Below, piece after piece: positions 36,735-46,194 of a stretch of DNA of 64,000 bases. Both the position numbers and the translations under genes were made by a program. The DNA comes from an uncultured Lentimicrobiaceae bacterium (GTDB lineage Bacteria > Bacteroidota > Bacteroidia > Bacteroidales > UBA4417): positions 26,679-90,678 of the forward strand of contig CAYQTT010000004.1 in NCBI GenBank assembly GCA_964420555.1. The letters are read 5' to 3'. The notes under the pieces are model-generated. The model ran no database searches. It worked only from the letters and a program-made list of their open reading frames with translations, and had not been told where the DNA came from. How positions within the stretch are numbered: position 1 is the first letter of the stretch; the number at the start of each line of letters is the position of its first letter.

Positions 36735-39700
36735 ATGAAAAATTACAATTTACTTGGTCTCCTTCTGGGGATTATTTTAATTAGTCTTGCTCAGATATCA
36801 TTTGCTCAACTGCCTGATACCTGGACTCAAAAAAGTGATTTCGGTGGTATTGCAAGATACGGTGCTGTCAGCTTTAATATTGGAGATAAAGGTTATGTCG
36901 GAACTGGTTTTGGATCAGGACGACACAAAGACTTCTGGGAATATGATCCTGCAACAGATACGTGGTCACAAAAAGCTGATTTTGGGGGAACCGGAAGATA
37001 TTTAGCCGTTGGATTCTGTATAGGTGATAAGGGATATATAGGTACAGGTGATGATAATACTGCTGCCAATGACTTATGGGAGTATAATTCATTAACAAAT
37101 TCCTGGACTCAAAAGGCTAGCATGCCTGGTCCGGGCAGGCTGGGAGCTGTTGGATTTAGCATTGGTTCAAAAGGATATATTGGAACCGGGAAATTATTGG
37201 ATATTGCACAAACACGCTTGTCCGACTTTTGGGAATATGATCCTTCAAGCGATACCTGGACTCAAAAATCAAATATTGGTAGCATTGGAAGATCATATGC
37301 TACAGGTTTTAGCCTTGGTACAAAAGGATATCTTGGAACAGGCTATACAGTAGTAGGTGTTAATGCTGTTTTGTTAACAGACTTTCATGAATATAATCCC
37401 GTAACAGATGTTTGGACCGCGAAAGCAAATTTTGGCGGAGTTGCACGCTTTGGTGCTATCGGATGCAGCAACGGATCCTCCGGATTTATTGGCCTGGGCG
37501 ATTTAGGCGGAGTATATTCTAAAGATTTCTGGGAATACAATCCAATATTGGATTCGTGGATTCAAAGAATGAATTTCGGCGGCTCTGAGAGATTGGCAGC
37601 TACCGGATTTAGTGTTGGCGAAAAAATATTTGCCGGTACCGGAACTTTCGACAGCGGTATAACTAAAGCTAAGGATTTCTGGGAATACACTCCTTTCTGT
37701 GTTCCACCTTCTGTTGATACAGAACCTCTTAATCAAACTATAGTTTATGGAGTTTCAGCTTCATTTTCAGTGGCAGCATCAAATGCTGTAAGTTACAAAT
37801 GGCAGGAGAATTCTGGTTCTGGATTTTCTGATATTACTGATGGCGGTATTTATTCTAACTCAACCACTTCAACCCTGAATATTTCTCTCCCTACAGTTGC
37901 AATGAGCGGATACAAATACCGCTGTATTGTAACCGGCGACTGTGTTCCCGAAGCCATTACAAATGGTAATGCAACTTTATCAGTTTCATCTAAACCAATT
38001 GTAATTACTGGTGACGCAGGTCAAAACAAAGAATACGGGGCTCCCGAGCCGGCTGTTTTTTCTTACTCAAATAGTCCGGCTCTGGTTGGTACTGATATGA
38101 TTACCGGAGAAATGGGCCGTATTGCAGGCGAAAATGCAGGAAACTATGCATTTACCATTGGTACACTAACTGCCGGACCAAATTATTCATTAACCGTGGC
38201 TACGACACCTGATTTTGTTGTTACACCTAAAAGTTTGATCATTACAGCAGAAGATAAAAGCAAATGCTTTGATGGAAATATATTCAGTGGTGGCTACACA
38301 GCTCTGTACAATGGTTTTGTTTTTGGTGAAACTGCAAGCGTATTGGGTGGTTCTATTGTTTTTGGCGGAACTGCAATCACAGCCACTTCTGCAGGAAGTT
38401 ATACCATTATTCCTTCAGGTCTCACATCTGTAAATTATTTTATTACTTATGTTAATGGAACTCTGCTTATTGATCCTTCTACATCACCGACAATAACTGG
38501 TGTAAATTCACTTTGTGCCGGTTCATCAGGTATTCAATATACAACAGAGGGTGGTTTTAACAATTATGTGTGGACAATTTCTTATGGCGGTGTAATTACT
38601 GCCGGTCTAAATACAAACCAGGTAACTGTAAATTGGGGTACAGCAGGTTCAAGAACAATTTCTGTAAATTATCAGGATGGCGATGGTTGTCCTTCGGCAA
38701 CTCCTGCTACCTTTAGTGTGAGTGTATTGTCGGTTCCTGTCCCAATTATTTCAGGAGACAGCGCACTATGCTCCGGTAGCTCAAATATTATCTATACCAC
38801 GCAGGCTAATTATGATAACTATGCATGGAACGTTTCGGCTGGTGGAAGTATCACGTCCGGTGCAGGTACCAACTCAATTACAGTTAATTGGACTGGCTCA
38901 GGAAACCAGACTGTTAGTGTTGATTTTACCAACGAACTGGGATGCCAGTCGCTATCACCAACAGTTTATAATGTAGAAGTAGCTCCCTTACCCGAAGCAA
39001 TCGGACTTGTTAGCGGATCGGGCTCGGTTTGTGCCGGAAGTACGGGTGTAGAATATTCAGTTCAGCCTGTTTTGCATGCTACTGCTTATGAATGGAGTTT
39101 GCCAGCCGGAGCAACAATCGTGTCAGGAGCAGGAACCGCTGCAATACTGGTTGATTTTGATCTTACCGCTTCGACAGGAATCATTAAAGTTAACGGTGTA
39201 AATGATTGCGGAACAGGTCTTTCATCACCTAGCTTTAATGTACAGGTAAATGCTATCCCTGTTACTCCGGTTATAACGCAGCTTGGAGATACTTTGGTAA
39301 GCAGTTCTTCTGTTGGAAACCAATGGTATTTAGATGGAATTGAAATTCCGGGAGCAACTGATCAGACGCATGTTGCAGTTTATATTGGCAATTACACAGT
39401 AGTTGTTACTCAAAATGAATGCAGTTCGGATGTATCAAATTCAATACTGGTAAGACCTGTTTCAGTTGAAGAAGTATCAGAAAGATCAACATTTGAAGTC
39501 TATCCTAATCCAAGTACCGGAGTTGTCAATATTCAGGTTAACGATGTCAGGGATAATACATATGATGTTGAAGTTTTTAGCAACCTTGGTAAATTGGTTT
39601 GGAAACAAAATGATGTTATTATGAATGGCGCAAACATTACCAGAATTGATTTGAATGGTTCGCCTGCAGGAGTTTATACTGTTTCGCTCCGAAATAAGGG

Positions 39701-39737
39701 AAATAGTATTTTAAAGAAAGTTATTATTGTAAAATAA
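36735..39737 (+). CDS. Kelch-repeat beta-propeller with Ig/MBG/PKD-like stalk and T9SS CTD
   Basis: About six WTQK..FGG..R...GF.IG.KGY.GTG...DFWEY repeats; MBG-like ITAEDKSK; VYPNPS CTD. Confidence 0.88.
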   Translation: MKNYNLLGLLLGIILISLAQISFAQLPDTWTQKSDFGGIARYGAVSFNIGDKGYVGTGFGSGRHKDFWEYDPATDTWSQKADFGGTGRYLAVGFCIGDKGYIGTGDDNTAANDLWEYNSLTNSWTQKASMPGPGRLGAVGFSIGSKGYIGTGKLLDIAQTRLSDFWEYDPSSDTWTQKSNIGSIGRSYATGFSLGTKGYLGTGYTVVGVNAVLLTDFHEYNPVTDVWTAKANFGGVARFGAIGCSNGSSGFIGLGDLGGVYSKDFWEYNPILDSWIQRMNFGGSERLAATGFSVGEKIFAGTGTFDSGITKAKDFWEYTPFCVPPSVDTEPLNQTIVYGVSASFSVAASNAVSYKWQENSGSGFSDITDGGIYSNSTTSTLNISLPTVAMSGYKYRCIVTGDCVPEAITNGNATLSVSSKPIVITGDAGQNKEYGAPEPAVFSYSNSPALVGTDMITGEMGRIAGENAGNYAFTIGTLTAGPNYSLTVATTPDFVVTPKSLIITAEDKSKCFDGNIFSGGYTALYNGFVFGETASVLGGSIVFGGTAITATSAGSYTIIPSGLTSVNYFITYVNGTLLIDPSTSPTITGVNSLCAGSSGIQYTTEGGFNNYVWTISYGGVITAGLNTNQVTVNWGTAGSRTISVNYQDGDGCPSATPATFSVSVLSVPVPIISGDSALCSGSSNIIYTTQANYDNYAWNVSAGGSITSGAGTNSITVNWTGSGNQTVSVDFTNELGCQSLSPTVYNVEVAPLPEAIGLVSGSGSVCAGSTGVEYSVQPVLHATAYEWSLPAGATIVSGAGTAAILVDFDLTASTGIIKVNGVNDCGTGLSSPSFNVQVNAIPVTPVITQLGDTLVSSSSVGNQWYLDGIEIPGATDQTHVAVYIGNYTVVVTQNECSSDVSNSILVRPVSVEEVSERSTFEVYPNPSTGVVNIQVNDVRDNTYDVEVFSNLGKLVWKQNDVIMNGANITRIDLNGSPAGVYTVSLRNKGNSILKKVIIVK

Positions 39738-39758
39738 GGTTATCCATCTATAATAGAA

Positions 39759-39790
39759 GCGGGCCGGAGTAATCCGGCTCGTTTCGTTTT
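39759..39790 (+). terminator. Intrinsic terminator
   Basis: GCGGGCCGGA-GTAA-TCCGGCTCGT followed by TTCGTTTT. Confidence 0.7.
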
Positions 39791-39866
39791 CAGGAAGTTG
39801 AATTCAGAGGAAGAGATCGATTCGTTTGAAATTTGTAATTTTGCCTTTCTTTCTTTTCCCCACGCT

Positions 39867-41108
39867 ATGCTTGATTCCCTCCGCAATATCCGTATCGAAG
39901 ATTACAACTATGATTTGCCAGCAGATCAGATTGCACAGTTCCCGCTTAAAGTGCGGGATACTTCAAAATTGTTACTGCTTAAGAATAGTCAGATTTCGGA
40001 GGATACTTTCTCAAATATAGCATCTCACCTTCCTGCCGAAAGCCTGCTCATTACCAATGAAACCCGCGTGGTACATGCCAGGCTTTTGTTCCGGAAATCC
40101 AGCGGATCGCAAATCGAAATTTTCTGCCTCGAACCGGTAGAGTCGTCAAGTGATATTCAACTGGCATTTCAGCAAACTCAAAATTGCACATGGAAATGCC
40201 TGGTAGGTAACGCCCGACGCTGGAAATCAGGTTCATTGGAGCTTGATGATGAGATTAAAGGAGAGAAAGTATCACTTACTGCAAACATGATTGAAAGGGA
40301 GGACGCTACTTTTCTGATACAGTTTCATTGGACTCCTTCGTTCCTCACATTTTCGCAGATTTTGGAACATTTTGGAAAAATCCCTTTGCCTCCTTACATC
40401 TCCCGCGAAGCATCTGAAAACGATAATACCCGCTACCAGACTGTTTTTGCACGAAACGACGGATCTGTTGCCGCTCCGACAGCCGGACTGCATTTCACAC
40501 CTGAAGTATTGGCGGAACTGAAAAAAAAGAACATCAAAACCGATTCAGTGACCTTGCATGTAGGTGCCGGAACATTTAAACCGGTTAGTTCCGAAACTAT
40601 TGGTGAACATTCCATGCATTACGAGCAAGTTATCGTTCCTCTTAAATTACTGAAGGAACTAATCAGGTATACCGATAAACATATTACATTAGTTGGCACA
40701 ACCACTGTCCGCACGCTCGAAAGTGTTTACTGGCAAGGTGTAAAATGGCTTCGTCATCAGGTCGGAAATCCGGTTTTACATATCGAACAATGGGACCCTT
40801 ATCTCAATCTTTCCGAAACCCCAATTCCAACGATGGAAGCCCTGCAATGTGTTATTGATACACTCGAAAAAGCCGGATTGACGGAACTCACTGGTGAAAC
40901 CTCACTGATGATTGCTCCCGGCTACACCTATCACATTCCGGATGCCATTATTACTAATTTTCATCAACCCAAAAGCACGCTTCTTCTGTTGGTTGCCGCA
41001 TTTATCGGGGAGCAGTGGAAAGATGCTTACAAATATGCGCTTGCAAATAATTTCCGGTTTCTGAGTTATGGCGATAGCTGCCTGTTCTTCAAACATAATC
41101 TGATTTAA
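39867..41108 (+). CDS. queA: S-adenosylmethionine:tRNA ribosyltransferase-isomerase
   Basis: YDLPADQIAQFP, PLPPYI, SVAAPTAGLHF, TLHVGAGTF, TNFHQPKSTL, FLSYGD. Confidence 0.97.
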   Translation: MLDSLRNIRIEDYNYDLPADQIAQFPLKVRDTSKLLLLKNSQISEDTFSNIASHLPAESLLITNETRVVHARLLFRKSSGSQIEIFCLEPVESSSDIQLAFQQTQNCTWKCLVGNARRWKSGSLELDDEIKGEKVSLTANMIEREDATFLIQFHWTPSFLTFSQILEHFGKIPLPPYISREASENDNTRYQTVFARNDGSVAAPTAGLHFTPEVLAELKKKNIKTDSVTLHVGAGTFKPVSSETIGEHSMHYEQVIVPLKLLKELIRYTDKHITLVGTTTVRTLESVYWQGVKWLRHQVGNPVLHIEQWDPYLNLSETPIPTMEALQCVIDTLEKAGLTELTGETSLMIAPGYTYHIPDAIITNFHQPKSTLLLLVAAFIGEQWKDAYKYALANNFRFLSYGDSCLFFKHNLI

Positions 41109-41109
41109 A

Positions 41110-41700
41110 ATGGGAATTACTGGAATCATCCTCGCCGGAGGAAAAAGTTCCCGCATGGGCACTGATAAAGGTTTGCAGGAACTTTGTGGAAAACCATTGA
41201 TCAGTTATGCTATTCAAGTGCTTTCAGGATTATGCGAAACTATTATTATCAGCTCATCATCTGATGCTTATAAGTCGTTTGGGTACAAAGTAGTAGCTGA
41301 TGAGTTTCCGGGTATTGGCCCGATGGGAGGTATTTATTCAGCTTTAAAACAGAGTAAAACCGAGAAGAATCTGGTGCTTTCGTGCGATCTTCCATTTGTA
41401 ACAACTGAATTACTTTCGTTTATCCTTCAGAATTCTGATGGATTCGAGGTTTCTGTTCCCTGCGAAGGAAACCGGCATTATGAGCCACTTTGCGCATTTT
41501 ACCGGCTCTCAGTTTTAGACAAGATGACTGAATTCATTCACAACGGAAATTTTAAATTACCTGATTTGTTCGAAGCCGTTTGTGTTAATAAATTGAATAT
41601 CAATAAAGAACATTCTGTTTTTCATGAAAACCTCTTTTTGAATATCAATTCGAAACATGAGCTGGCAACAGCTGAAATACTGATGAATTGCAGGAAATAA
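41110..41700 (+). CDS. mobA: Molybdenum cofactor guanylyltransferase
   Basis: ILAGGKSSRMGTDK, GPMGGI, SCDLPF, EPL, NIN. Confidence 0.93.
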   Translation: MGITGIILAGGKSSRMGTDKGLQELCGKPLISYAIQVLSGLCETIIISSSSDAYKSFGYKVVADEFPGIGPMGGIYSALKQSKTEKNLVLSCDLPFVTTELLSFILQNSDGFEVSVPCEGNRHYEPLCAFYRLSVLDKMTEFIHNGNFKLPDLFEAVCVNKLNINKEHSVFHENLFLNINSKHELATAEILMNCRK

Positions 41701-41742
41701 ATTTCAGTTTTAACAAAATACTTTAGTAATATTGCCGCATAA

Positions 41743-41853
41743 TTCTCCGAGTCTTCATTTCTAACAATCCGAAAAGATTAATGAAATGCTGACCGATGGG
41801 TTGCCCCGGAAACAGGTCAGCCTCCCGAATGCAAACTGAATTGGAAAGGAGAA
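41743..41853 (+). ncRNA. Moco RNA motif (molybdenum-cofactor riboswitch)
   Basis: CTCCGAG...CTAA...CCGATGGG...GAAAC...GCCTCCCG...TTGGAAAGGAG; closing stem TTCTCC/GGAGAA covers GGAG just before ATG 41856; next to mobA. Confidence 0.85.
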
Positions 41854-41855
41854 CC

Positions 41856-42590
41856 ATGGTACAATACGAATTACTTTTTGTGATAGGCCTTATGCTTATC
41901 GCATTTTTCTACTCATCGGTCGGACATGGCGGAGCCAGTGGTTACCTGGCATTGATGGCGCTTTTCGGGCTTGCTCCTGATTCAATCCGCTATTATGCTT
42001 TAATTCTGAACCTGGCGGTTTCGGCTATCGCTTTCATTTCGTATTTCAGAGCAGGGTTTTTCAGGTGGCGGCAGATTGTTCCTTTTCTGGTCACCTCTAT
42101 TCCCTCAGCCTATATCGGCGCTACATTCAGCATAAATCCAACAGCTTACAAAATCATTTTAGGAGTAATGCTTTTGGTAGCCGTTGCCCGAATGCTACTG
42201 ATCCGTAATTCCGAAAATGATGTAACTCATGATCCTCCCTTGTTATTGGCACTCGGAATTGGGTTGGTACTTGGTCTGGTTTCGGGAATAATCGGGATCG
42301 GTGGAGGTATTTTACTATCACCTATTCTGATTTTGGCTAAATATGCAAGAATCAAAGAGGCATCAGCAGCTTCGGCCCTGTTCATTTTTCTTAATTCAGC
42401 AAGTGGTCTTGCAGGATTGATGACTTCGCAGTTTATTTTTCAAACCAATATAGTTTTTTGGATTCTGGGTGTCATGATAGCCGGGCTTGTTGGTTCGGCT
42501 ATGGGAAGCCGCACGTTTTCGGAACTTAACCTTAAACGTGTTTTGTCACTGGTACTGCTCGCTGCCAGTATAAAGCTGTTTTTCTTTTAA
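41856..42590 (+). CDS. TauE/SafE (TSUP) family permease
   Basis: YSSVGHGGASGY and SGIIGIGGGILLSP repeats; about 8 TM helices. Confidence 0.9.
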   Translation: MVQYELLFVIGLMLIAFFYSSVGHGGASGYLALMALFGLAPDSIRYYALILNLAVSAIAFISYFRAGFFRWRQIVPFLVTSIPSAYIGATFSINPTAYKIILGVMLLVAVARMLLIRNSENDVTHDPPLLLALGIGLVLGLVSGIIGIGGGILLSPILILAKYARIKEASAASALFIFLNSASGLAGLMTSQFIFQTNIVFWILGVMIAGLVGSAMGSRTFSELNLKRVLSLVLLAASIKLFFF

Positions 42591-42651
42591 ATGATATAGT
42601 GAATAGGGTTTGGGGGTAAGGGACTTGCAAATGAGGAATTGGGTTCAGTTT

Positions 42652-45369
42652 TTAGAAAACCGGCATTACGCAACGTTTGTTACTCTCACGAATCACTTTA
42701 TCAAAATCCAGCAGGCTTCGTTTCATTACATTTGATGTTGCATCATGACAGGTAAGGCATGCGCCGGCAGTGAGAATTCGTTTTTGCTCAGCAAGGTTAA
42801 AAGGTCGCATGCCAATCCGCGTTGAGGCCTGATCTTTACGCTCCTGCAGAAAACCAGTCCATGAATCTTCGGGCAAGCCATCGTATTTGTTGTTTTGATA
42901 TAGAGGGTCAAAAGTCCATTTTCCGCTTTCAGAATAAAATAAATTCCCTCGTCCATATCCTATGGCCAGCGGATCATTGTGACAGGATTTGCAGCTTCGC
43001 CCTTCGCGCTGTGTGGTATGTGCCGATGAAGGTGCATACAAACGGTGAAATACAGTTTTATCCCCTTTACTAAATGAACCCTTGTCGATAGTCATGATCA
43101 TTCCGGGTGTAAACGTACTAACCACGCCATTTTTCTTTGTTTTATCGGCTGCATTTATGCCAAGTACCGGCAATTCCGCCATGCCTTCTGTTGAATGTTC
43201 AATCCATGTTCCTTTTCGTGTTGAGTTTTTCAGCATATCAAAACCCATAGTCTGACTTTCGTAACTGTTATGACATCCAATGCATTGGGGCGCCCAGGCT
43301 GTGTGGCAGGCTTCGCAACTCAACCGTGCATGAGCTTTACCTTCGGTACAAACTTTGGCAGGTGGTTTCATAATTGCTGTGCCGGTTCCTGATTTTCTGA
43401 TCATACTCATGTAAGTTCCTGATTCATCCACAATCGTGTTAACAAGCGGAAAATCTCCCTTTTGAGTAAGAATTACCTGGATTCCTTCAGTTTGAAATTT
43501 CCGCAGCCACGAAATAAGTTGAGTCTCCTGATCGGTTTCGGTAAGACGTTTCTGCTTATATGCTTTTTGTGTATGACAGTCGCTGCATTGAACCTTCACT
43601 GCATCTTCCTTATGGGAGTAATGTTTCCCATCACCCATCAGTTCATACGATCCATGACAATCCACGCAAAGCATTCCTTTCTCGTGGTGGACATCTGCCG
43701 GCATTTTTACAAAAACGCGTTTATCGGGCAGAACCAGGTAATTGTCCTTGCCTTTGACATTTTCAGGCTTTTGTTCAGTTTCATGCCATCCTTCGTAATT
43801 CATTGATATCCGGCCCGACCGGCTATGACAACTCTTGCACTTATCGTTGGTTATATTCAGATCGAGGGCTGGATGAAACATCGGAAGTGATGTATCCGAT
43901 TTCTGCCTTCGTTTCATTTGATTCAATGTCGACAGCGCCTTTTCATCATAAGTAAGATGGCATGCCAGGCATCCACCGCCACGCTCAAGCCAGGCAGACG
44001 GACCGGTTTTTGTCTTTTCATTACCCAGATGACAACCGGCGCATAAATTACGCAAATGCTGTCCGGAAGCGGTATAACCTATGTCCTTTATGTGTGATTG
44101 TAAATTTAAATCTTCTGTTTCGCCAAAAACCCATTTGTCAACACTGATAATTCCACTTAGAGTTGACATCAGCGAGGTGTTCACCCGATCTGTAATTCCC
44201 AGGTGGCAACCCACTTTACCGCAAGCTTCTGTCGCATTGGACAAATTACCCGGAACACCAAACATTTTGCGATGGGCTTTTGCTTTGTCGAGTGTAAAAG
44301 GATCGCCACCGTGGCACGAAAAACATCCGATATATTCAGGTTTGTGCGCAACCGAAAAACCACTCATCCCGTTATGGCAGGTAACACAACCTTCGGCATG
44401 CCCTTGAATAATGATAAGCTGAGCTGTGTCGGGAGCTGTAAAATTGATTTTCTCCGAATGAACCAGCGATTGTACTTTGTAATTATTATCCCAGGGCCAC
44501 TGCCATTGCCACATAGCACCGCGAAAGAAAAATCCTGTTATAGTCAGCAAAGCATACAGGATGATCATACCAACAAAAAAATGCTTGATTAATTTGCTGT
44601 AGATTGGTTTCACCCATGGAATCAGGTAAATCAATACCAGAAGTGCCAATAGCCCTATGGTTATCAGAAGCGGGTTTGAAACCCAGTGAAGCGTTTCCTG
44701 CAGTCCGACAAAATACCAAGGGCCTTTCATTATTGTTTCGTTGAGCCCGTTGAGTGGCGCCCTGAAGAGGAAACTGAAGATTATGATAATAATAGTTGTA
44801 GCGAGTAAAGTTTGCAAGTTCACTTTTAAACTCCGCGCATGCTCCATGATGATTACGAAAAGAATCACTGTAGCTGTAGCTGCATGTTGAATATACAGAA
44901 CCTGGAAATTACCCTCTTTGCCTATTAATGTTTGTTGCAACATTTGTCCGATCCACGGGAGACTGCTTACCAGCGATGAAAGTATCCGGTGCGCCTGTAA
45001 ACTATCGCCATCGGCTTTCAATATAAATCCGGAAAGCATCACATAAACAGCAAAAACTAACGAAAGAGTAAGCCGGAACCATACGCTTTTCTTTTTGATA
45101 TTGCTTTCAGTGCCTTTCCAAAGATGATCGAAAACATGTATAAATGTGAGTATAAGAAAGAGTTGCGCACTCCAGTAATGCATATTCCGTAAAATGGAAG
45201 CAGCAGGATTGGCTGTCACAAGTTTGGTAAGCGAAAGATAAGGAGATGCCACATCATAGGGTACTGCCAGCAAAGCTCCCGAAACAGCGCAAAGGATTAT
45301 AGATGCCGTAGCAACCCATCCGTATGTGTCGAAAGCAATGTACCTGCGTATGTTATCGGGAATTTTCAA
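42652..45369 (-). CDS. Cytochrome b/b6 domain fused to a multiheme cytochrome c (11 CxxCH + 1 CX4CH)
   Basis: RNMHYWSA...IH and QH...EH heme-b ligand pairs, GPWY (PEWY-equivalent); CVTCH, CFSCH, CGKVGCH, CAGCH, CLACH, CKSCH, CVDCH, CSDCH, CEACH, CIGCH, CKSCH, CLTCH. Confidence 0.88.
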   Translation of the reverse strand: MKIPDNIRRYIAFDTYGWVATASIILCAVSGALLAVPYDVASPYLSLTKLVTANPAASILRNMHYWSAQLFLILTFIHVFDHLWKGTESNIKKKSVWFRLTLSLVFAVYVMLSGFILKADGDSLQAHRILSSLVSSLPWIGQMLQQTLIGKEGNFQVLYIQHAATATVILFVIIMEHARSLKVNLQTLLATTIIIIIFSFLFRAPLNGLNETIMKGPWYFVGLQETLHWVSNPLLITIGLLALLVLIYLIPWVKPIYSKLIKHFFVGMIILYALLTITGFFFRGAMWQWQWPWDNNYKVQSLVHSEKINFTAPDTAQLIIIQGHAEGCVTCHNGMSGFSVAHKPEYIGCFSCHGGDPFTLDKAKAHRKMFGVPGNLSNATEACGKVGCHLGITDRVNTSLMSTLSGIISVDKWVFGETEDLNLQSHIKDIGYTASGQHLRNLCAGCHLGNEKTKTGPSAWLERGGGCLACHLTYDEKALSTLNQMKRRQKSDTSLPMFHPALDLNITNDKCKSCHSRSGRISMNYEGWHETEQKPENVKGKDNYLVLPDKRVFVKMPADVHHEKGMLCVDCHGSYELMGDGKHYSHKEDAVKVQCSDCHTQKAYKQKRLTETDQETQLISWLRKFQTEGIQVILTQKGDFPLVNTIVDESGTYMSMIRKSGTGTAIMKPPAKVCTEGKAHARLSCEACHTAWAPQCIGCHNSYESQTMGFDMLKNSTRKGTWIEHSTEGMAELPVLGINAADKTKKNGVVSTFTPGMIMTIDKGSFSKGDKTVFHRLYAPSSAHTTQREGRSCKSCHNDPLAIGYGRGNLFYSESGKWTFDPLYQNNKYDGLPEDSWTGFLQERKDQASTRIGMRPFNLAEQKRILTAGACLTCHDATSNVMKRSLLDFDKVIRESNKRCVMPVF

Positions 45370-45372
45370 TTT

Positions 45373-45801
45373 TTAGATTTTAATTGTGATTTCTCCCGTT
45401 TTTGCATCAGTGGTGAAAGGAATAGCAGATAAGGGTAAACCTGCCGGCCCTTGTAACACTTTACCTGTTTCGGAGTCGTACCTTGAGCCATGACAAGGGC
45501 AAACAAGCTGATCTCCGATTACCTGGTTAATCCGGCAACCTGCATGCGTGCAACTGTTTGAGAATACTTTCAATGTTTTGTCTGACTTGATTACAATGAA
45601 ATTATCGAACCAATGTATACCCGTTCCAAGTTTTGCGACATTAATTCTCTTGATTTCAGGGATATTCTCCAATTGTTTCTGTTTGCCTGTCATTAACCGC
45701 CAGAGCACGACAAAAGCTGCCACCATTGATAAAGTTGCAATCCGGAGAAATGTTTTCCTGTTTATCTTTTTGTTTTCAATCATGGATTTAACAATCATCA
45801 A
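45373..45801 (-). CDS. Rieske [2Fe-2S] protein (start codon uncertain)
   Basis: CTHAGC and CPCHGS boxes; Tat-like NRKTFL anchor. Confidence 0.92.
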   Translation of the reverse strand: MMIVKSMIENKKINRKTFLRIATLSMVAAFVVLWRLMTGKQKQLENIPEIKRINVAKLGTGIHWFDNFIVIKSDKTLKVFSNSCTHAGCRINQVIGDQLVCPCHGSRYDSETGKVLQGPAGLPLSAIPFTTDAKTGEITIKI

Positions 45802-46095
45802 AACTATAAAGATTTTTCTTCAATGTTACACAAGATAGTTCTTTATAAAACGGTTGTAATCATATTATTTTATGATCCATGACAGTTAATTATTTGAGTT
45901 TTTATTATAATGCTTAATATGCAGATAATCAGGCAAATGAATTTTTTGAATCAAATTTATAAGCATTCTAAAGAAGCTATTATGTTGTTGATAATGAAAT
46001 TATTACGAAAGAAGACTGAAGTAGTGTGATTTCTCATGATTTTTTAACTATCATATAATCAAAGCAATACGGTTATAGTTACATACTTATCATTT

Positions 46096-46126
46096 TTTGT
46101 ATGTATTAGAGTTTACTATACTTTTG
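46096..46126 (+). promoter_or_regulatory. Consensus Bacteroidota promoter for the psr operon
   Basis: TTTG (46096-46099), 19-nt spacer, TACTTTTG (46119-46126). Confidence 0.7.
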
Positions 46127-46194
46127 TTATTCAATAAACAATTGGATGCCTTTTGGATATTGTAAATGATTGATTTTTAAAAGAATAAAATCAC

